From the NCBI GenBank assembly GCA_951406725.2, contig OX597832.1:66464001-66528000 (forward strand): a stretch of DNA of 64,000 nucleotides, written 5' to 3'. The stretch comes from Octopus vulgaris (Eukaryota). Shown piece after piece: positions 12,831 through 24,815 of the stretch. Under the pieces are notes generated by a model. It was not told the DNA's origin and made no database searches. It was given only the letters and a program-made list of their open reading frames with translations. Made by a program: the position numbers and the translations under genes. The number at the start of each line of letters is the position of its first letter. Within the stretch, counting starts at the first letter, position 1.

Positions 12831-15800
12831 AGTATGTAAAGTGTACACTGAATTAACCAAGCTAATAACAATATATCACTATACATATCAATTTGCAAAT
12901 CCAATCAGTTGCTAAAGTTGCTTTTTTTGAAGACTATACTTAATCACTTAATTAATATCGGCAAATGAGGCGTTGCCTTGTGCTAATAAACTCAGTTGAT
13001 TTAAAAGATGTGAAAATGTCGAATAAATTAAACTCTGTTTCAAGGGAACAATATTTTAAAAGCATTATACTCTTGCAGAAATAATTTTCACATTTTTTCT
13101 CGTTAGTGGTAACACACTAAATTTCGAGCAGAGGAATATATTTTAGCTATGAGCAGATACAAAATTGTACTTACCACTCCTAGGTTGTTACTGCTCGGAG
13201 AAAAAGGTATAAGTCTTATTTCAGCGTGTTGCACTGAATTTTTATAACCGATTATATTTCGCTAAAATCATTCTAAATTCAATTCGATGGAGCAAATACA
13301 TTAATAAATTTCACCTACCACATAAGAAATGAAACAATCCATCCGACAGACACTCGCCCACACTCCAACTATTGGGCTTTATTTACAAGGCTTAGTTCTT
13401 CTAGGAGCTATCGAAATAAAATGGGGCCGAATTTGCGCTAAAATTAGACTAACGCGTAGTTTAGTATTCTAAAGCACGCTTCCATGTGCAAAATATATAT
13501 AATGGCTTTTACCAGAAAACGCATTCACGAAAGAAATAGTGATATGAACGGAGCAATGAATGTTGTCTTTAGTATAGAACATTCTATGTTGTAGCATAGC
13601 CGCAGGTTTGGCACCGTGTAATACATATTTCTAATACACCAGTGAAAGAACTCTATAAACCACTAATAGTTTTGCTGCAAATAGCACCCAGATTTCTTTG
13701 AATATTTACAGCGCTCCCATGAAAAAAAGAAAAAATAATTTTCTACTTGCCTTTAGATCAGACGCCTATGGAATCATTGAGTTACATCTGATATGTTGAA
13801 CATTACAAAACCTCAAATAACCCTGGTCTGAAGAGATAAGCCATTTTGGAAGAAATAACAATTATATTTTATATTAATTACCACTGAATAGAAGGGAAGA
13901 CAAAATATATAGTCGCCAATTCTAGTTTTATAATAACTTGATGTTTCTTGAATAAAATCCTTATGCACAATTGTATAATTAGGAGTACTAAATCGTTAGA
14001 ACCTGTGTAGTTTTCACATGAACGTTTTCATTCGGAGATATACAAGTCATATTTTAGCTTCATTTTTTTAATTATTCTCTTAGTTTTTTTTTCCTCCAAG
14101 GAAATTCAAAGACAAAAATGGAAATCATTAACATCGCTGCAGTAACATGGCAGCTGCGCTGCCATTATCTTCGCGTTGTATATGTTCAGTTTTTAATATA
14201 TTGGAAGATATGGTTGCGTGAATAAAAAAATTTTCTCGTCCTAGTCAATATACCTGGGTAGGTTAAGATAGAGAATAAAAGAATTCCAGGTTAAGCAAAA
14301 AGAAAAAAAAACAAAGATGTAAGTATTAAAGTGTAAAGTAAGAATTATAAATCAGAGAATCGTATTCTAAAGTGAGAAAAAAATTAAAGAAACGAAATCT
14401 GAATGTATGAATATCACGATCTAACTTGATATTTCACAGACATTATATTGTATTTATGAAGGATATCATGCCATACATGGAACAGTCAATTATGATGAGG
14501 ACAAAAAATAACGATAAACGATGACAAGCATTGTGCTTGCTTTGCTTCCGTTTTTAACAATTGATTTAAAATAAAGAAGCATTTCTCAATTATATCACTG
14601 ACATATAAGAGAACGAGCGGAATCAAATATTTCACAATAATAATAGTAAAAAAAAAATCATTATTTGCGTGATACTCTGCTGTTTGTGTTGAATTATTGA
14701 CATTTTATTATTATCAATGTTATTTTTAACCATTATTAAAATTATTATTATCGTTATTGTTATTATTATTGATATTCTTTTATTCATTATTAGTATTATT
14801 GCCATTATTATAATTTGTAATATTGTTGTTGTTGTTGTTGTTGCTGCTGTTGCATTCGTAAAGAAATTACAACTAGTTGAACTGAAAGTAGTAATGGATA
14901 CTGGCATATTCGAATGGAAATATGGAGATGACGAACATTACAAAATGTTAGTACTGGCGTAACTTAGTTGCAGAATCAATATAAAATACTAAGAAGCGAC
15001 ACTTACTTGTGTCAATGAAATTTGTATGTAAGCGACCACCGAAAGTCTTCAAAGACGATGACAGTAAAATGATACGGATACAAACGTAACAGAAAGGAGC
15101 AATAAAGAGAAATTTCGAAATATATTTTGACCGGCGTTTGTCAAGGACGTAATAGAAGTCCTTATAGATATCTCAAGGGTAATGTTTTAAAAAAGTACGT
15201 TTTCTCTATGTTGTACGGAATAAGGAAAATCGTGGTCAGCACTATAGATTTGACTGGCAGTTATTAACTACATATGCGATTAAATAGCCATCCTTGTCTT
15301 ACTTTTTTAGCTCGAGGTCCACTTTTATCCAGTAGGTTTACTGAGTAGACCTTTGATCAAAAAATTCTAACTTCAACAATCCAGCCCGTTTTATAGTTAT
15401 TTTAGACGTCAGTTTACAGGTTTGTAGAACAATTGGCTACGTTTTCTAACAAGTATATAGGAACTACTGTTTTCACATGCCACTATGTACGCCGTTTTTG
15501 TTGATATTATTAGTATTTGGTGGTGTATTATTGATCAAAAATCAATTCTTATTGTTGATGCTGCGTATCATCTGTATCTATGTAATGATTCTGTGCAGGT
15601 GTATGTCTGTGCGGGTGTTGGTGTTTGAATTTTGTAAGTATGCATGCATGTTACATGTATGTATCCTCTATAAATGAGGGACAACGTGTTTGTATATCTT
15701 CTGTATTAAAGACATACACCCCTGTAGAGTACATTTAAACTGAGACTCTCTTATTGCATCTAAGAACGATGTACACGACTCAAAGATTCATAAATAGTTT

Positions 15801-16047
15801 TGTTTTAAATTTTTTTAATTTTTATCTTCTTTGACATAATATATCTAACTGAAATTTCTAATTTCAATTTCAGACGTGGTTTGGTAGGAAACCCATTCAC
15901 CATTACTCCTGCAGTTACTTAGCTTCGAGATATGAAATACATTCTCTCTTAAATTAACATTGCGTTCGCTTCTTGCACTTCACAAAATTGATATCAACAC
16001 ACACACGTACGTACACGCACGAGCGCTCACACACTCACACACACACA

Positions 16048-16134
<87 letters not shown>

Positions 16135-16760
16135 CTGTATGTGTGTCTTTTGTATGCCTATGTGCGTAAGCATTCCCTCCTTCATATTCATTGTACTTGC
16201 ATCACCTGACGGAAATATTCTGCTGTTAATTCGGATTTAATTACAATATTTAATCTCCTGTCAATAATTTCTGAGTCAAAATCTCACGAGGAAAATGGAC
16301 ACCTAGCTTCATTACATTAATTCCTATAATATATTAATGTTAAAATACGTGTATAAATAATAGGCGTCAATAATTTACTATCTGACAAAGTTATCTCTTT
16401 ATTCAAGGTTAAAACCAGCAAGGGAGTTCACATTTCAATACTACCGTTGTTGTTATTTCGTAGTTGACCATTACTTAACAATAATAAAAACGCAAACAAA
16501 AATTGAAGATATCCTGAATCCATTCATACTTTATTATATTCAGCCGAATCTCAAATACTAGAGAATTAGATTTAGTGCTCAAGCACTTTTGGATTTAAAT
16601 TGCAGCTGTTTAGAAACCGCGGAAATGGAGTAAATGTATTTTTTATCTTTCAAATATTAGTCAAAGCCCAAGCTACAGCAATTCATTGTCTGTGTTTCAG
16701 ACATGGGTCGTAATACTGATTAACGAATGGTACAGAGTATATCAATAATTGCTTACTGAA

Positions 16761-16984
16761 GCGGTGAGCTGGCAGAAACGTTAGCACGCCGGGCAAAATG
16801 CGTAGCCGTATTTCGTCTGCCGCTACGTTCTCAGTTCAAATTCCGCCGAGGTCGACTTTGCCTTTCATACTTTCGGGGTCGATAAATTAAGTACCAGTTA
16901 CGCACTGATGTAATCGACTTAATTCGTTTGTCTGTCCTTGTTTGTCTCCTCTATGTTTAGCCCCTTGTGGGTAATAAAGAAACA
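16761..16984 (+). mobile_element. Intact tRNA-derived SINE (octopus OK-like family) with a 17-bp target-site duplication
   Basis: Head GCGGTGAGCTGGCAGAAACGTTAGC, B-box-like AGTTCAAATTCC, and an A-rich end. The perfect TSD AATAATTGCTTACTGAA lies at 16744-16760 and 16985-17001. Confidence 0.9.
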
Positions 16985-17038
16985 AATAATTGCTTACTGA
17001 AAGCTTTTGAGACGTTTAGATGTGATAGCAATAGCATG

Positions 17039-17101
<63 letters not shown>

Positions 17102-17374
17102 GTAATATAAACCAAAAAAGGAAATGCACGATTGTCATTAAACGTGAAATTGTGACTAACTGTACATCGTATCACCTATATTGATATAAATAAATGTTAA
17201 CAGATACATTTAAAAGAATATATTTATATTTCTTATTTTGTGGCTCTACGGCCTTTTAAGTCTTAATTATAGCGATCTAGGTGTTGCACCGTACTGTCAG
17301 TCACAATTAGTGACATTTGAATTCATATATATATATATATATATGTATATGTATATGTATATATATATATATTT

Positions 17375-18717
17375 TATAAGTCGTATGGTATAATATTATT
17401 GTTTTTTTATGTAAATATCGTTGTTTATATATTATCGTAATTTTCTCTATAATTATTAGATATTAACTTTAAGTTTATTCGTAAGAATTTACTTAGCGAT
17501 AGATATGTTGTTTGATAGCAAGTATACGATTTGTTTTAAGTTAGATTCATGTATATACATGTATTAATAGCATTAATTGCAATTTTAAATTTCTTATAAT
17601 TATTATTTTAACTTATTGTCGTTTTAAATTGTTATTTGCCTGTTATATCATTTCCATTGATAAATATATTTATAGTATTTATTTGATACTATATAACTAC
17701 GAATTGATTATTTCTTTAAGTATTTTAAATATAAGATTTTTGAAAGTTATTTAGCTAACGAAATATAAGGATAATTAATTTGCTATAATGTTCGTTTAAG
17801 ATTGTTTATTTGAATTTTTGATATTAGCTTTTTCATCTTTAAATATGAAAAAATAATTTATTAGGTCTTTATTATATGTGCATATATATTTATTTATAGA
17901 GATTATTTTATATCTTAATTATAATATTTATATATATTTATATATTTTCATTGATAATTTATATATTATTTAAATTTTATATTTTAATCATATGAATAGT
18001 CTTTTTTTGTAAAATATTTATGTAATTAGATATTGACTATTACTGATATTAGATTATTGGTGGGTTTCTTACCTTAAAAATTAAAATTAATATTTAACAT
18101 TATAATCGTTGTTTTGACATAATCATAATCGTCAAGTTTCTAGTTTTCATGATATAGTTTTTTATAAGAAAATTTATTATATTATTTATTTCTTAAAAAA
18201 TATTGTTTAAATATTTCTGATTATTTATTAAAATATTACAATTAACCTGAAGATTGACTGTAACCATAATTCGAATTAGTAATTGAATTTACATTATTAT
18301 TATTGTTATTCGAATTGGTTACGGGCATGAAACGATCGTAGTGTTTTTACTCTTTATCTTATATTAAACTCCTAATACTTTGTGATAGTTTAAAATTTAA
18401 AAAAAAGAAAGAAAAAATAAAAATAAAATAAAATAAAATAAAATAAAATAAAAATAAATAAATAAATAAAAATAAAAATAAATAAATAAATAAATAAAAT
18501 ATTAATAAATATATATATATATATTTAAGATTTATAAGTTTAATTTATTAATTTAAATAATTTTTAAAAATTTTAACTTTAATTTAAATATTTTAATTGA
18601 TTTATTATTTTATATTTTATATTTTTATATTTTTTAATTAATTTTATTTCTATGTATTGGCTTATGATTTTCACTGTTTGATTTGCCTAATAGTGGTTTT
18701 ATCTCTAATTTAATATA

Positions 18718-18720
<3 letters not shown>
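17375..18720 (+). mobile_element. Extremely AT-rich 3'-UTR/pLTR-like PLE derivative between (TA)n tracts
   Basis: Contains the HHR at 18244-18343 and a 3' block homologous to 7150-7230. Assignment of the upstream AT-rich 0.85 kb to the element is inference. Confidence 0.55.
18244..18343 (+). ncRNA. Type I hammerhead ribozyme with extended (about 75-nt) stem-loop II
   Basis: aac-CUGAAGA-u-ugacuguaacca...ugguuacgggca-u-GAA-ACGAUCGU-A-gug. Stem III is palindromic and the triplet is GUA (cleavage after 18340). The bases of stems I and II are partly mismatched. Confidence 0.7.
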
Positions 18721-18807
<87 letters not shown>

Positions 18808-19203
18808 ATTTATATTAAGCAAACACTACACAAAGATATATAGTAATGAGCTATTAAAAGAAGAATGGAAAAATGGAGTTAAGTACCCTTAGGATGTAGA
18901 GTCGTCAGATTTGGTAATGTAGATGCAACACAAGCGGCTTTAAGTCTGCGACACACTTGCTCAATCCAGAAAAAGCGGGGTTCTCCAATTCTCCAACAGA
19001 GACTTGTCTATATCTTTGCATTTGGAAAAGATTTCTTCTCTGCAATTCAGCAGTTATTAAACGGTTTTTTCCCTTTTTAACACCGTCAGAAATAGCGTAA
19101 TAAAATAATGTTTCATCCAGGAAAACGCGGACAGATGTATTTCACAAGGTTTCTTGCAGATTTTATCCTAACACACACTCACACAGATATATATATATAA
19201 TAG

Positions 19204-21299
19204 ATGGAACTTTACCCGTTGGATTTTTCTCAGAAAAATATACCTTTCCCTGCACAGAAGCAATATCTCAAAGGTCTTATAGAGAAAACGGAAGAGTTTA
19301 CTCGAAGATTGAGATGGAAAACCTTCTTTTTTGATACTAAACAGAAAGCCGACGGAAACAAATATGGATTCCAGAAATCCACCACCTATTCCAGAATTAG
19401 AAGCCTTCGAGAAAGACCTTTTCGAACTTATTAGGAAAATTAAATTCCGTAAATATAGCAACTAATTACAGAGAAATATGAAAGAAAACTTAAGGAGATT
19501 AACAACTCGAATAAGATCTTCGTTAATTTTGATAATACAAGGAACTTATATGCACTTGATAAGGACGTTTACAAGCGTTTAATTTCGAATAGCGTCACAG
19601 ACACATACAAGAAAGATAACACAAATATATACAAAGAGGTGAATTTGGAAGCAAGAAGAATAGCTAACAATCTTAAGATTAGCGATAGGATAAAATATCT
19701 TTCCCCACGACCAACTTTTATTACACTAAAAGATCATTAAGCTAATTTTAATAGAAACCCCAAATGTAGATTGATAAATCCGTCTAAAACTGAGATAGGC
19801 ATTATTAGCAAATATATTTTGGACCGTATTTTAACTAAGTTAGATAGTGAATTAGATTTGAGAATTTGGAAAAATAGTAAGTCAGTTATAGAGTGGTTTA
19901 AAAGGATTAGCTATAAACATAACTGCAATTTTATGCAGTTTGATATTATTGACTTTTACCCGTCAAAATCTAGGACTTTACTCCTAAGAGCATTGGACTT
20001 CGCCAAGCAGTATGCCGACATCGATAGCTCGGAAATTAATATTATCATACATGCCAGGAAATCACTTCTTTTTTTCGAGGATTCCACCTGGATTAAAAAC
20101 AGTGAAGATTCTATTTTCGATGTACCGATGGGGGCATAAGACGGGGCTGAGTAATGTATGCCTATATTCTTCATAATCTAAACATAGAATTCCCATTTAT
20201 AGATGCAGGTTTATATAGGGATGACGGCCTTATAGCCACCTATAATTGAAACGGCCATGAATCAGAAAGACTTAGGAAGGAACTTATTGCTTTCTTCCAA
20301 AGGATGGGCTTACGGGTTACGATAGATACTAACATGAAAAGTGTAGATTTTTTAAATGTAAATTTGAATATAAGGTCGGATAGATTTAAACCTTACCGTA
20401 AGCCTAATGACAAGCTATCGTATATTAGCAAAGAATCGAAACATCCGCCAGTTATTCTTAGGAACTTAGTCAGCAATGTAGGTAGACGAATATCGTCAAT
20501 TTCTTCGGATGAGGCAGCATTCCATAATGCTGCACCTTATTACGATAGCGCATTAGGAATAGCGGATTCTCTGAGAAGATCCGGTATAACCAGCTTAATG
20601 CTAGTAGTAATGCTGCGCGCAGAACTTGGACCAGGAAAGTTTTGTGATTCAACCCACCTTTCAATTTGGCCGTAAAAACAAACATAGGTAGGAAATTCTT
20701 GAAATTAGTCTCTAGGCATTTTAAACAGGACCATAAATTTTATAGAATATTTAATAGAAGAACCCTTAAGATTAGCTATTCTTGTTGCAGGAATTTCGCC
20801 TCTTACTTTAGCCAGCACAACAGGAATTTAATTGATATTAAGCATGGTACCGATCCTCTTAAAAAATGCAACTGTAAAGATGAATCCTCCTGTCCGCTGG
20901 AAGGGAAATGTTTGGTAAAAGGTGTCGTTTATAGAGCCAAGGTGGAAATAGAAGGCTCATCAGACTTATATAGGGGCTTCGGAAAATTCTTTTAAAACGC
21001 GATTTTATTCGCACAAAAATTCATTTCGATACCCAGAAAATAGGAAGAAGACCAGCCTGGAAAAATGTCTGGGAACTAAAAGAAAAAGAAGCCCAACCTT
21101 TCAACGTGTCATGGAGCATTCTAGATAGAGCGGCACCATACAGGCACGGGGCACACAAGAAAAATTTTAAATGCAATCTCTGTTTGAAATAATTCATTTT
21201 ATTCAAAGACAATAATTTTTGAATCAAAGAAGCGAACATTTGAACTCATGCAGGCACGCAACCAAATTCAAAATGTCGAACATAAATATCCTATATTGA
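19204..21299 (+). pseudogene. Penelope-like retroelement polyprotein (RT plus C-terminal GIY-YIG endonuclease), near full length, with frameshifts and stops; probably Hydra-type
   Basis: Joined frames give FSQKNIPFP..RRLRWKTFFF; RT motifs QFDIIDFYPS, FDVPMGA*DGAE, GLYRDDGL (about 20208-20231), VDFLNVNL and PYRKPND; then FNPPFNLAVKTNIGRKFL. The linker is CNCKDESSCPLEGKC (CxCx5Cx5C), the endonuclease reads VVYRA..YIGASENSFKTRFYSH, and the end is KCNLC..RSEHLNSCRH. About 700 codons. Confidence 0.92.
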
Positions 21300-21850
21300 T
21301 GGCGCATATTTTGTCTTTTTGAATTTTTGATTCTTGGACTAGTCTTAAATCACACCGATTGATTTGTTTCGTGCTATGCAGGTTTCATTCCGCATAGTAA
21401 AGTCTTGTGCATATATTTTGTTTATATTTTGTTTATATTTCGACATATTCCTTTGGAAAAACCTTCGACTTAGTTTATTTCATTTTATTATATTGTATAG
21501 GCTCACTTTGGTAATTTAATTTATAGATAATCCAATATAGGGTGTTATATTTTGCATGTCTTTCGTCTAAATTTTTATTATTATGCACTCAGCAAATTTT
21601 AAAAAATAATGCTGTCAGATCCTAGTCATTTTATGTGAATATGTGTATTGGCATGGATATGTATTTGTAAGCATACGTCTATGTATATGTGTAAGTGAGC
21701 GTATGTTTGTACTTAAGCACATACATACACGAATGTATGTGTGTACATGCATCCACTTGGACTTGTGTGTTTGCGTACTTGTCTCTATATATGTGACCGT
21801 ATATGTGTATTTACTACTTACATAATTTGTATACACACATTCGTCGCGTA

Positions 21851-22073
21851 TTGTTTTGTTTTTGTTTTTGTTTTTCCAGTTTCAGCTCTTGAGCTGTGGC
21901 CATGCTGGGGCACCGCCATTGTGGTGAAAGAGTACAGCAGGGATCACCACCCCCTGCCGGAGCCTCGTAGAGCTTTTAGGTGTTTTCGCTCAATAAACAC
22001 ACACAACGCCCGGTCTGAGAATCGAAACCGCGATCCTGCGACCGCGAGTCCGCTGCCCTAACCACTAGGCCAT
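21851..22073 (-). mobile_element. tRNA-derived SINE with CR1-like LINE 3' tail
   Basis: Minus head ATGGCCTAGTGGTTAGGGCAGCGGACTCGCGGTCGCAGGATCGCGGTTTCGATTCTC (A and B boxes). Tail GGCGGTGCCCCAGCATGGCCACAGCTCAAGAGCTGAAAC followed by (AAAAAC)n. Confidence 0.85.
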
Positions 22074-22747
22074 AGTCAGAATGTTATTATTTTTCTTCTT
22101 TACTTTTATTTTTTCCTTTTCCCTCTTTCTTTTTTTTCTCTCTTCCTTTCTTTCGTTTTTTTCTCTCCCTATTCGTTACTTGTATAGAGCTCTGTAATTT
22201 ACGTCCCCCTCCCCCTCCCTTACTTACGTCTTTAGCTTACTGTTGCAAATAAGAACGCCCCTTCCCCATCCATGAATTTTGCTTATAGTCTATTTGGATA
22301 CAAGTGATTTTTTGCATGCGAGCTAGATTGCGGACACATATGTGTACAAGCATTTGTGTGTATATTTTCGTTTTGAATTTATATGTCTGTATATGTATGT
22401 GGTCTGCGCACATCTATCTGTGTATGTTGATGTATATATGTATATTAATAGTTTAGTATGAGTATGTACTGTTGTGAAATATTTTAATATATTTTAATAT
22501 TTTAATTCCAATTCCTATGTATTAAGTATATTTTCCTTATGAATGACAATATGTATTTTAACCAAAGATTCGATTTAAAGTTTTTCCTCGACTTTTATAA
22601 TTTTATGTTTTATATTGAACTAATTTTTGTTTATCGCTCGCATATGACCGTTATTTGAAAGGATCAATCAAACAAGTCCATTTTTTAAAGGTGTAACGTT
22701 TATAGTAGTCTTCAAAGAATTGTTATATCGGTTCTATTTTAACAAAA

Positions 22748-22785
22748 CTGTCCGACGAACGGGAACGTGAAACTCCGAGGAACAG
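22748..22785 (+). ncRNA. Mutated (likely inactive) minimal type I hammerhead
   Basis: cugu-CCGACGA-acg ggaa cgu-GAAA-cu ccg ag-GA-acag. All three stems are intact, but U4 is C and U16.1 is G. Confidence 0.6.
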
Positions 22786-22818
22786 GCTTTGTTGAATTTC
22801 AGCTGCTTTTAAATAAAG

Positions 22819-22849
<31 letters not shown>

Positions 22850-22899
22850 AAACAAGTCAAAAATAGAAAATGCTAATAATAATTTTATAGTGAACATTT

Positions 22900-22937
22900 C
22901 AGTACCGGTTTCGGTCATTTTGAGACCTTATCAACTG
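22900..22937 (-). ncRNA. Minimal type I hammerhead, U3:A8 variant (left arm)
   Basis: Exact reverse complement of 23175-23212. Confidence 0.75.
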
Positions 22938-23174
22938 TAACAATTAAATAATTAAATTTAGAAAAATTAGAAGAAAAGTTTTTTTTAAAATAATATTTCT
23001 ATAGTAGTGTTCAGATTTAAGTGGCATTCTGCCTTTTCTCTGACTCCCTTGTTTGCACTTGTGCAAACAAGGAGTCAGAAAAGAAATGCCACTTAAATCT
23101 GAACACTACTATAGAAATATTATTTTAAAAAAACTTTTCTTCTAATTTTTCTAAATTTAATTATTTAATTGTTA

Positions 23175-23212
23175 CAGTTGATAAGGTCTCAAAATGACCG
23201 AAACCGGTACTG
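23175..23212 (+). ncRNA. Minimal type I hammerhead, U3:A8 variant (right arm)
   Basis: cag-UUGAUAA-gguc ucaaaau gacc-GAA-ACCGGU-A-cug. Predicted cleavage after 23209. Confidence 0.75.
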
Positions 23213-23299
23213 AAATGTTCACTATAAAATTATTTTAGCATTTTCTATTTTTGACTTGTTTTTTCATATATATCAACTCGTGTGTTCCTTTTCACCCTT

Positions 23300-23354
<55 letters not shown>

Positions 23355-23809
23355 TGTGTGTGTGTGTTTATATATATGCGAGAGTATGTGTATGCGTGTA
23401 TACACATAAAAAACACTGCCTAAATATACAGGCAAATTACACACGCAAACTTAATGAATTTTAGCATCAAGAATTTGGTGGACAAATATTTAACAATAAT
23501 AAAAAAAAATTAATAACTGACTGTTAACGTAGATTATTATCGGTCAAATTACCTTTTGAAGGAAATGTAAGAGAACCCTGTCATATAAGGAATGAAACAT
23601 GCTAAGTATATTGAACAAATGGAAATAAAGGTGTTAAATTCTGGAAAAATCGAATTTGCATTCAGGAATTTTATTTTTCTAAATGATATGCCCAAAACTT
23701 GAGCTCACGGAACTCGATTTATCGTTTCATGCTTTTTAGGGACGATAAAACAAGAAAAAGCGCAGCATTAGGTTCGATGTAATCGACTATCCTCTCCCCG
23801 GATAGACTC

Positions 23810-24160
23810 TATGCCTATCATCAAGGAGCTTGACCACAAGAAAGCTATAAATACCTGGGAATGAAACGAAGGAGATGCTATACAACATGTAACTATGAGG
23901 GAAGAAGAGGGAAGAAGAGGGAAGATATACGATAGGTGTATTACAGGAGAGTAAGACTCATACTTAAAACGTAACTCAACTTCCAAAACCGCATTGAAAT
24001 CCAGTTTTAGCATCAGTAACTGGGATTTTAGAGAGCTCCAACACCCGGACAGGAAGACAAGGAAATTACTAACATCTAAGAACATGTACAACCCAAATGC
24101 AGACGTTGATCATCTGTACCTACCTAGAAGTCACGGGGTAAGAGAAATAATGCTAGTTGA
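23810..24160 (+). mobile_element. R4/Dong-like LINE reverse transcriptase (motif 7/thumb) fragment
   Basis: IKELDH..SYKYLGM..GDAIQHVTMRE, then SFSISNWDFRELQHPDRKTRKLLTSKNMYNPNADVDHLYLPRSHGVR, which matches the conserved DRKTRKLLT..HPKADVDRLYLPR..GGRG block. Confidence 0.8.
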
Positions 24161-24430
24161 CAGATTTGCTTGTTAGTTGTTTGACCTTAACCGGTTTTGC
24201 ATGTCTCTTAGTGTCTCACTATATATGCATCTCTGATCACGTGCAGAATTATTGGGGAAGCATCATATGTTGATAGTAATTCTTTGGATATGAAATCACT
24301 GTGGCGCACGTATGGTTGTGATGCATGTGTCTGGTGTACCCTTATCAGACGGTCAGTCATAATGGGTAAACTGGTCTTCGTATATTTGTACCCCAGTGTC
24401 AGTTCGATGGCATGCACTACTCTCTCACTC
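24160..24430 (+). mobile_element. 5'-truncated, internally deleted copy of the non-autonomous (AAT)n-tailed element seen at 60369-60968
   Basis: Aligns to the reverse complement of 60369-60515 and 60665-60795, and ends ...ctctctcactc followed by (AAT)n. Confidence 0.85.
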
Positions 24431-24440
24431 AATAATAATG

Positions 24441-24501
<61 letters not shown>

Positions 24502-24649
24502 TTACCGGTAGTAATAGTATTAGCTGTTGTTATTGTTACTGTAGTAGTAGTAGTAGTAGTAGCAGTAGTAGTAGTAGTAGAAGAAAAAGGAGAACGATTG
24601 CTATATTTTTGTTAGCAGTATCGCGTTTGTGTTTGTGGGAGAAGAGAAC

Positions 24650-24683
<34 letters not shown>

Positions 24684-24815
24684 ATTATGATTATGATGGT
24701 GATTATGATGAGGATAATGGAAAAGAAGAAAAAGAGGTAGCAGCAGAAGAATTAAATGATATTGAGGATGATGTTAATGACGATGATGATGATGATGATA
24801 ATGATGATGTTACTG
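24431..24815. repeat. Compound (AAT)/(AGT)/(GAT)/(GGT) trinucleotide tract
   Basis: Directly visible; source of the poly-D/N/S ORFs. Confidence 0.9.

Larger units (their letters stand above)
19204..22820 (+). mobile_element. Whole Penelope-like element including long 3' UTR and terminal HHR remnant
   Basis: The ORF is followed by an AT-rich UTR interrupted by a SINE, then an HHR-like motif (22748-22785), AATAAA and (TA)n. Linking the UTR to the ORF is inference. Confidence 0.6.
22838..23303. mobile_element. Inverted PLE pseudo-LTR pair forming a palindrome of about 436 bp (centre 23059-23060), plus a 30-bp unique tail on the right
   Basis: 22838-23058 is the near-perfect reverse complement of 23061-23273. 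Each arm carries an HHR, and the whole unit is embedded in (TA)n. Confidence 0.85.

Noticed and set aside
18884-18912. Minus-strand CTGACGA...cctaagg-GTA upstream of the PLE ORF as a possible 5' pLTR ribozyme
   Set aside because: The GAAA box is missing, the orientation is opposite to the ORF, and the sequence does not match the 22748 motif.
22000-22073. tRNA gene
   Set aside because: A and B boxes are present, but there is no closed acceptor stem, and the sequence continues into a SINE body and LINE-type tail. The same applies to the other SINE heads.
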